This document shows, in pieces, positions 28,380 to 29,110 of a stretch of 29,110 nt of DNA. Source of the stretch: Streptosporangiaceae bacterium (GTDB taxonomy: Bacteria; Actinomycetota; Actinomycetes; Streptosporangiales; Streptosporangiaceae). The DNA lies in the NCBI GenBank assembly GCA_035636335.1, contig DASPZH010000029.1, positions 1 to 29,110 on the forward strand, in the 5' to 3' direction. Both the position numbers and the translations under genes were made by a program. Each line of letters begins with the position of its first letter. Position 1 is the first letter of the stretch. The notes under the pieces were generated by a model. The model had not been told where the DNA came from. It worked only from the letters and a program-made list of their open reading frames with translations, and did no database searches.

Positions 28380-29110
28380 GCGCGCCGTTCGCGCGGGTTG
28401 CCGCGAATGGCGTGCCAGCCGGTGCGGATGGCGTTCGAACGCTGCGCCTGCGCCGCCTGGGCGAAGGCGATCTGCCCTTGTATCCTGGCCCGCCCCACGC
28501 TGTCGGCCATCAGCTCAGGGTGCTTGGCCAGCAGGTACTGCAGCGCCTCGGCCACCGTGGCCCAGCGCTCGGCGAAGAACGACTGCTCGTGCCAGTACAC
28601 GTCCGCCAGCGGTTCTGGCACGGCCAGGACGGGCGCCCGCCGCGCCGACCTCAGCAGCCAGTCGTAGTCCTCGCCGTAGCTGCCGGGAATCGCCTCGTCG
28701 ATCAGGCCGACATCATCGAGCAGGGACCGGCGGAACAAGAACGTCGACGGGTGCAGGGCGCCGACTCGCTCCCTGACCAGCCGGCCGAGGGCCACGCTGG
28801 GCGGCGGGACCCTGACGACGACGCGATCCCCATGGTGAATCCGCACCCCGCTGGCCACGAAGTCGGCCCCGCTCGCCTGAGCGAGCTCGATCTGGCGGCG
28901 GACTTTGCCCGGCGACCATGCGTCGTCGTCGTCGCAGAACGCGATGAACGGCGCATCGCTCGCGATCATGCCGGTGTTCCGGGCCCCGGCGAGTCCGTGA
29001 GTCCTGGTGTTGGCCAGCACCCGGAGCCTCCGCCCGCCGGCCGGCTCGGCCGGAATCTCGCGGGGGGCGCTCTGATCGAAGACCACCAGGCATTCGATGT
29101 CGCCTGGGTA
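28295..29110 (-). CDS. GT-A fold family-2 glycosyltransferase (5' end beyond the right edge)
   Basis: GLAGARNTG, AFCDDDDAW, GSYGEDYDW. The frame is open to base 29110 (YPGDIECLVVFD). Confidence 0.9.
   Translation of the reverse strand, partial: YPGDIECLVVFDQSAPREIPAEPAGGRRLRVLANTRTHGLAGARNTGMIASDAPFIAFCDDDDAWSPGKVRRQIELAQASGADFVASGVRIHHGDRVVVRVPPPSVALGRLVRERVGALHPSTFLFRRSLLDDVGLIDEAIPGSYGEDYDWLLRSARRAPVLAVPEPLADVYWHEQSFFAERWATVAEALQYLLAKHPELMADSVGRARIQGQIAFAQAAQAQRSNAIRTGWHAIRGNPRERRAYLALAVAAGAVSAPAIVRLANARGRGI

Overview
High-GC actinobacterial chromosome segment (roughly 70% GC by eye). The core, 1755-21244 on the minus strand, is a respiratory block: menG, then menJ (geranylgeranyl-reductase family), a complete 14-gene nuoA-N complex I operon, and an all-trans polyprenyl diphosphate synthase. 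A perfect Rex operator (TTGTGAA-N4-TTCACAA) sits just downstream of a TAGACT -10 box in front of menJ. The flanks are envelope or accessory genes. On the left is a processive cellulose-synthase-like GT2 running off the window edge, preceded by a 9-bp minisatellite and a repeat-rich promoter. On the right are a secreted beta-trefoil-like protein behind an AT-rich promoter island, an S9 peptidase, and the start of a Wzy-type polysaccharide cluster (Wzc-like co-polymerase with a dead kinase domain, Wzy/O-antigen-ligase-like protein, convergent GT2). No CRISPR, tRNA, rRNA or transposase was found. The most unusual observations are an apparent relocation of a central-axis lysine in NuoN, a REP-like palindromic element inside nuoD, a Glu in the normally aliphatic position of the NuoF FMN/NADH signature, a Wzc pseudokinase, and different tandem repeats placed after five stop codons. 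Start codons were re-called by hand, because the ORF track over-extends most genes. I cannot claim a wholly new system from this window alone.
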